This document shows, piece after piece, positions 61,860 through 64,000 of a stretch of 64,000 bases of DNA (within the stretch, counting starts at the first letter, position 1; every line of letters starts with the position of its first letter). The notes beneath the pieces are model-generated. The model ran no database searches. It was not told the origin of the DNA and saw only the letters and a program-made list of their open reading frames with translations. Position numbers and translations under genes: made by a program. Source of the DNA: an uncultured Acidobacteriota bacterium (GTDB taxonomy: Bacteria > Acidobacteriota > Thermoanaerobaculia > Multivoradales > UBA5704); assembly GCA_963770895.1 (NCBI GenBank), contig CAVYRF010000002.1, positions 3,520,001-3,584,000 on the forward strand. Reading direction: 5' to 3'.

Positions 61860-63437
61860 CTAGTTGGTGACCACGCCGGTGTTGGGATTGAGCAGGACCG
61901 GGGCGGCGTGGAGGTGGTGGAAGTCGAACATGTTCTGGACGGAGCCCGCGATGTCGTCGAAGGAGCCGCCGCCGATGCGGCCCAGGCTCCAGTTGTCTTC
62001 GATGAAGCGGATGGCGGAGCTCTGGTCGGTCGTGGTGTGGTCGACGAAGTTCTGCTTGGCGTAGGGCGAGATCACCAGCAGCGGGAGCCGCGGACCGTAG
62101 CCGCAGCGGCCCTGGATGCCGCCCAGGGGCGTGCCGGAACCGCAGACGCCGTTGCCGCTGAGGGCGTCGGCGGTGGTGGAGGAGGGGTTCACGATCGGCG
62201 ACATGGCGTGGTCGTACCAGCCGTCCGAGTCGTCGTACATGATGAAGACGGCGGTGGAGCGCCATGCCGGGCTCTGCTGCAGGGCGTTGAGCACGGTGAC
62301 CAGGAAGATCTGCTCGTCGAGCGGCGAGGAGTAGCCGGCGTGGCCGTCCTGGGCCTTGATCGCCTTGAGGAAGGAGACCGCCGGCAGGTTTCCGGCACGC
62401 AGGGCTTCGTAGAAGTTCGTCAGGTCGTACTGGTGGTTGGCCTGATCGGTGCGGCCGATCGCCGCGGTCGAGGTCGGCGGCAGGTGGTGCGGGTTGGCGC
62501 TCTGCGGGAAATATTCGAACGGCTCGTGATGGGCGCTGTAGTTGGTCTGCATCACGCCGCCGACGTTGGGGGTCTGCGAGGCGCAGACGGCGCCGCCGGC
62601 CGAGGTGCGCGAGCTGGGGGCGAAGCCGCCCTGGAACCAGCCCCAGGTGAGGCCCGCGGTGTTGAGCAGATCGCCGATGTTGGTGCCCGTCACGCCCAGC
62701 TGGCCCGGGGAGCCGCAATCGTCGTAGTAGGGATCGGGGTCGCCGATGACGGTCGAGCCGATGATGGCGCTGCTGTTGTCGCCGATGGTGTGATTGCTGT
62801 CGACGTAGCCGGTCTGGCCGGCGACCAGGTTGAGCGCGCCGACGGTCGAGGGACCGAAGGTGGTGCCGTAGGAGTTGTCGTTCAGCGCGAAGTGCTGCGC
62901 GTAATTCCACATCGCCGTCACGGTGCTGCCGTCGTAGTAACCCATGGTGAGGGCGGCGCCGTAGCCGTAATCGCAGCCGCTGCCGCCGACGCCGACCTGT
63001 TCGGGGAACTGGTCGAGCAGACCGCCGTTGGCGGCCTTCTGCTCGGGCGTGTAGTCGTGGTCCTGGTCGCAGGTGTAGTTCTGCACCCGGCTCAGGCGGA
63101 AGGGCGCCGCCGAGTTGGGGTTGCGGTCGGCCAGGGGGCCGGTCAGACCGTTCACCGAGGGCGTTCCGGCCGCCGGACGGAAGGTCGACTCACCCTTCAG
63201 ATTGGCGGCGATCGGATACGACCCAAAATAGTGATCGAACGAGATGTTCTCCTGAAAGATCACCACCACATGCTCGATCGGCGTGGTGGTGCCGTGGCCG
63301 CTGGTCGGAGTGGCAGCCGGCTGCGCCGCGGCGGCGGGCTGGTCCGCGCCGTGCGCGGCAGGGGACAGAACGACGAGGGTGCCGGTCAGCAGCAGCGCCG
63401 CCAGGGCGCCGCGGACCAGGCGTTGGGTTGTCAACAT
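61860..63437 (-). CDS. Secreted phosphoesterase (phospholipase C / AcpA acid phosphatase family)
   Basis: TPIEHVVVIFQENISFDHYFG, CDQDHDY, FGPSTVG, DGHAGYS, YDDSDGWYDH, GYGPRLPLLVISPYAK; ATG 63437 after GAGGAGG. Confidence 0.9.
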   Translation of the reverse strand: MLTTQRLVRGALAALLLTGTLVVLSPAAHGADQPAAAAQPAATPTSGHGTTTPIEHVVVIFQENISFDHYFGSYPIAANLKGESTFRPAAGTPSVNGLTGPLADRNPNSAAPFRLSRVQNYTCDQDHDYTPEQKAANGGLLDQFPEQVGVGGSGCDYGYGAALTMGYYDGSTVTAMWNYAQHFALNDNSYGTTFGPSTVGALNLVAGQTGYVDSNHTIGDNSSAIIGSTVIGDPDPYYDDCGSPGQLGVTGTNIGDLLNTAGLTWGWFQGGFAPSSRTSAGGAVCASQTPNVGGVMQTNYSAHHEPFEYFPQSANPHHLPPTSTAAIGRTDQANHQYDLTNFYEALRAGNLPAVSFLKAIKAQDGHAGYSSPLDEQIFLVTVLNALQQSPAWRSTAVFIMYDDSDGWYDHAMSPIVNPSSTTADALSGNGVCGSGTPLGGIQGRCGYGPRLPLLVISPYAKQNFVDHTTTDQSSAIRFIEDNWSLGRIGGGSFDDIAGSVQNMFDFHHLHAAPVLLNPNTGVVTN

Positions 63438-63732
63438 GCACTTCCTCCTCTTGGGATGACGTTGGGACAGCCGCAAGCGTGAACGGAATGCCGGCAGGCG
63501 GCAGGCCGCGCGAGCGGACCAAGCCTGAGACACTGTCGCCAGCCTAGAGCTCGCGTGGGTCGCGCTCGCAACGCCGTGGTGAGCATCGCGCGCCGCGCCG
63601 GTGTCGGCGACGTGGCGGCAGTCGTCGCCGATCCGTCACGCCCGCGCCATCCGTGGCGGCTACAGTGCCGACCGCGGCGCTGGCAGCCGGCCTGCCCGCG
63701 GCAGCCGTGCCCGCGCGCCGAGGAGGAAACCC

Positions 63733-64000
63733 ATGTCATCTTCGTGTAGATCGCTCGCAACGATCAGCGCGCCCGGCTCGCCCGACGCGCGTGGATCGCA
63801 ACGCAGGGAAGGCGCGCGGCTTGCCCTGCTGCTCTTCGCAGCGCTCGCCGGCGGCGGCCTGGCGCGGGCGGGCTTTGCGATCAGCGCGCCACCTGCCACC
63901 ACGCCGATCCAGCACATCGTGGTGATCTTCGAGGAAGACGTGTCGTTCGATCACTACTTTGCCACCTATCCGCACGCCGCCAATCCGCCGGGCGAGCCGC
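63733..64000 (+). CDS. Second phosphoesterase (PLC/AcpA family) paralogue, 5' part only
   Basis: Not in the ORF track. ATG 63733 after AGGAGG reads MSSSCRSL...ALLLFAALAGG...PATTPIQHIVVIFEEDVSFDHYFATYPHAANPPGEP and runs off the edge. Confidence 0.85.
   Translation, partial: MSSSCRSLATISAPGSPDARGSQRREGARLALLLFAALAGGGLARAGFAISAPPATTPIQHIVVIFEEDVSFDHYFATYPHAANPPGEP

Overview
Very GC-rich bacterial DNA, probably Acidobacteriota (inferred from an ADOP-type duplicated permease and a tandem 'GLFWFF..NPEMLIKVL(D/N)GC' C-terminal domain that I associate with Thermoanaerobaculia-like genomes). The centrepiece is a single stand-alone ~25.5 kb NRPS gene (~22618-48096) with a non-collinear architecture: T0-C1-A1-T1-C2-T2-C3-T3-C4-A2-T4-C5-A3-T5-C6-A4-T6-C7-A5-T7-C8-A*(degenerate)-T8-TE. 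That is 8 C domains and 9 carriers but only 5 intact A domains. It has an orphan N-terminal ACP-like carrier, no E domains and no adjacent tailoring, MbtH or transport genes. About 13 kb upstream lies an unusual operon in which methionine-salvage genes (mtnD-mtnC, divergent mtnB) are translationally coupled to an FkbH/FkbK/ACP/FkbI (hydroxymalonyl/glyceryl-ACP) cassette, with no PKS in the window. Other content: TetR-HlyD-dual ABC ATPase efflux operon, PAS-GGDEF cyclase, an apparently frameshifted/internally deleted membrane-protein gene, MDR oxidoreductase, Tat-exported M20 hydrolase with altered metal ligands, FG-GAP and BNR repeat secreted proteins, MscS, a trio of secreted amidohydrolases, two DoxX genes, an HxlR/SDR pair and two divergent phosphoesterase (PLC/AcpA-like) paralogues. 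No rRNA, tRNA, CRISPR array or transposase was recognised. Family assignments and A-domain codes were read by eye from motifs, not computed.
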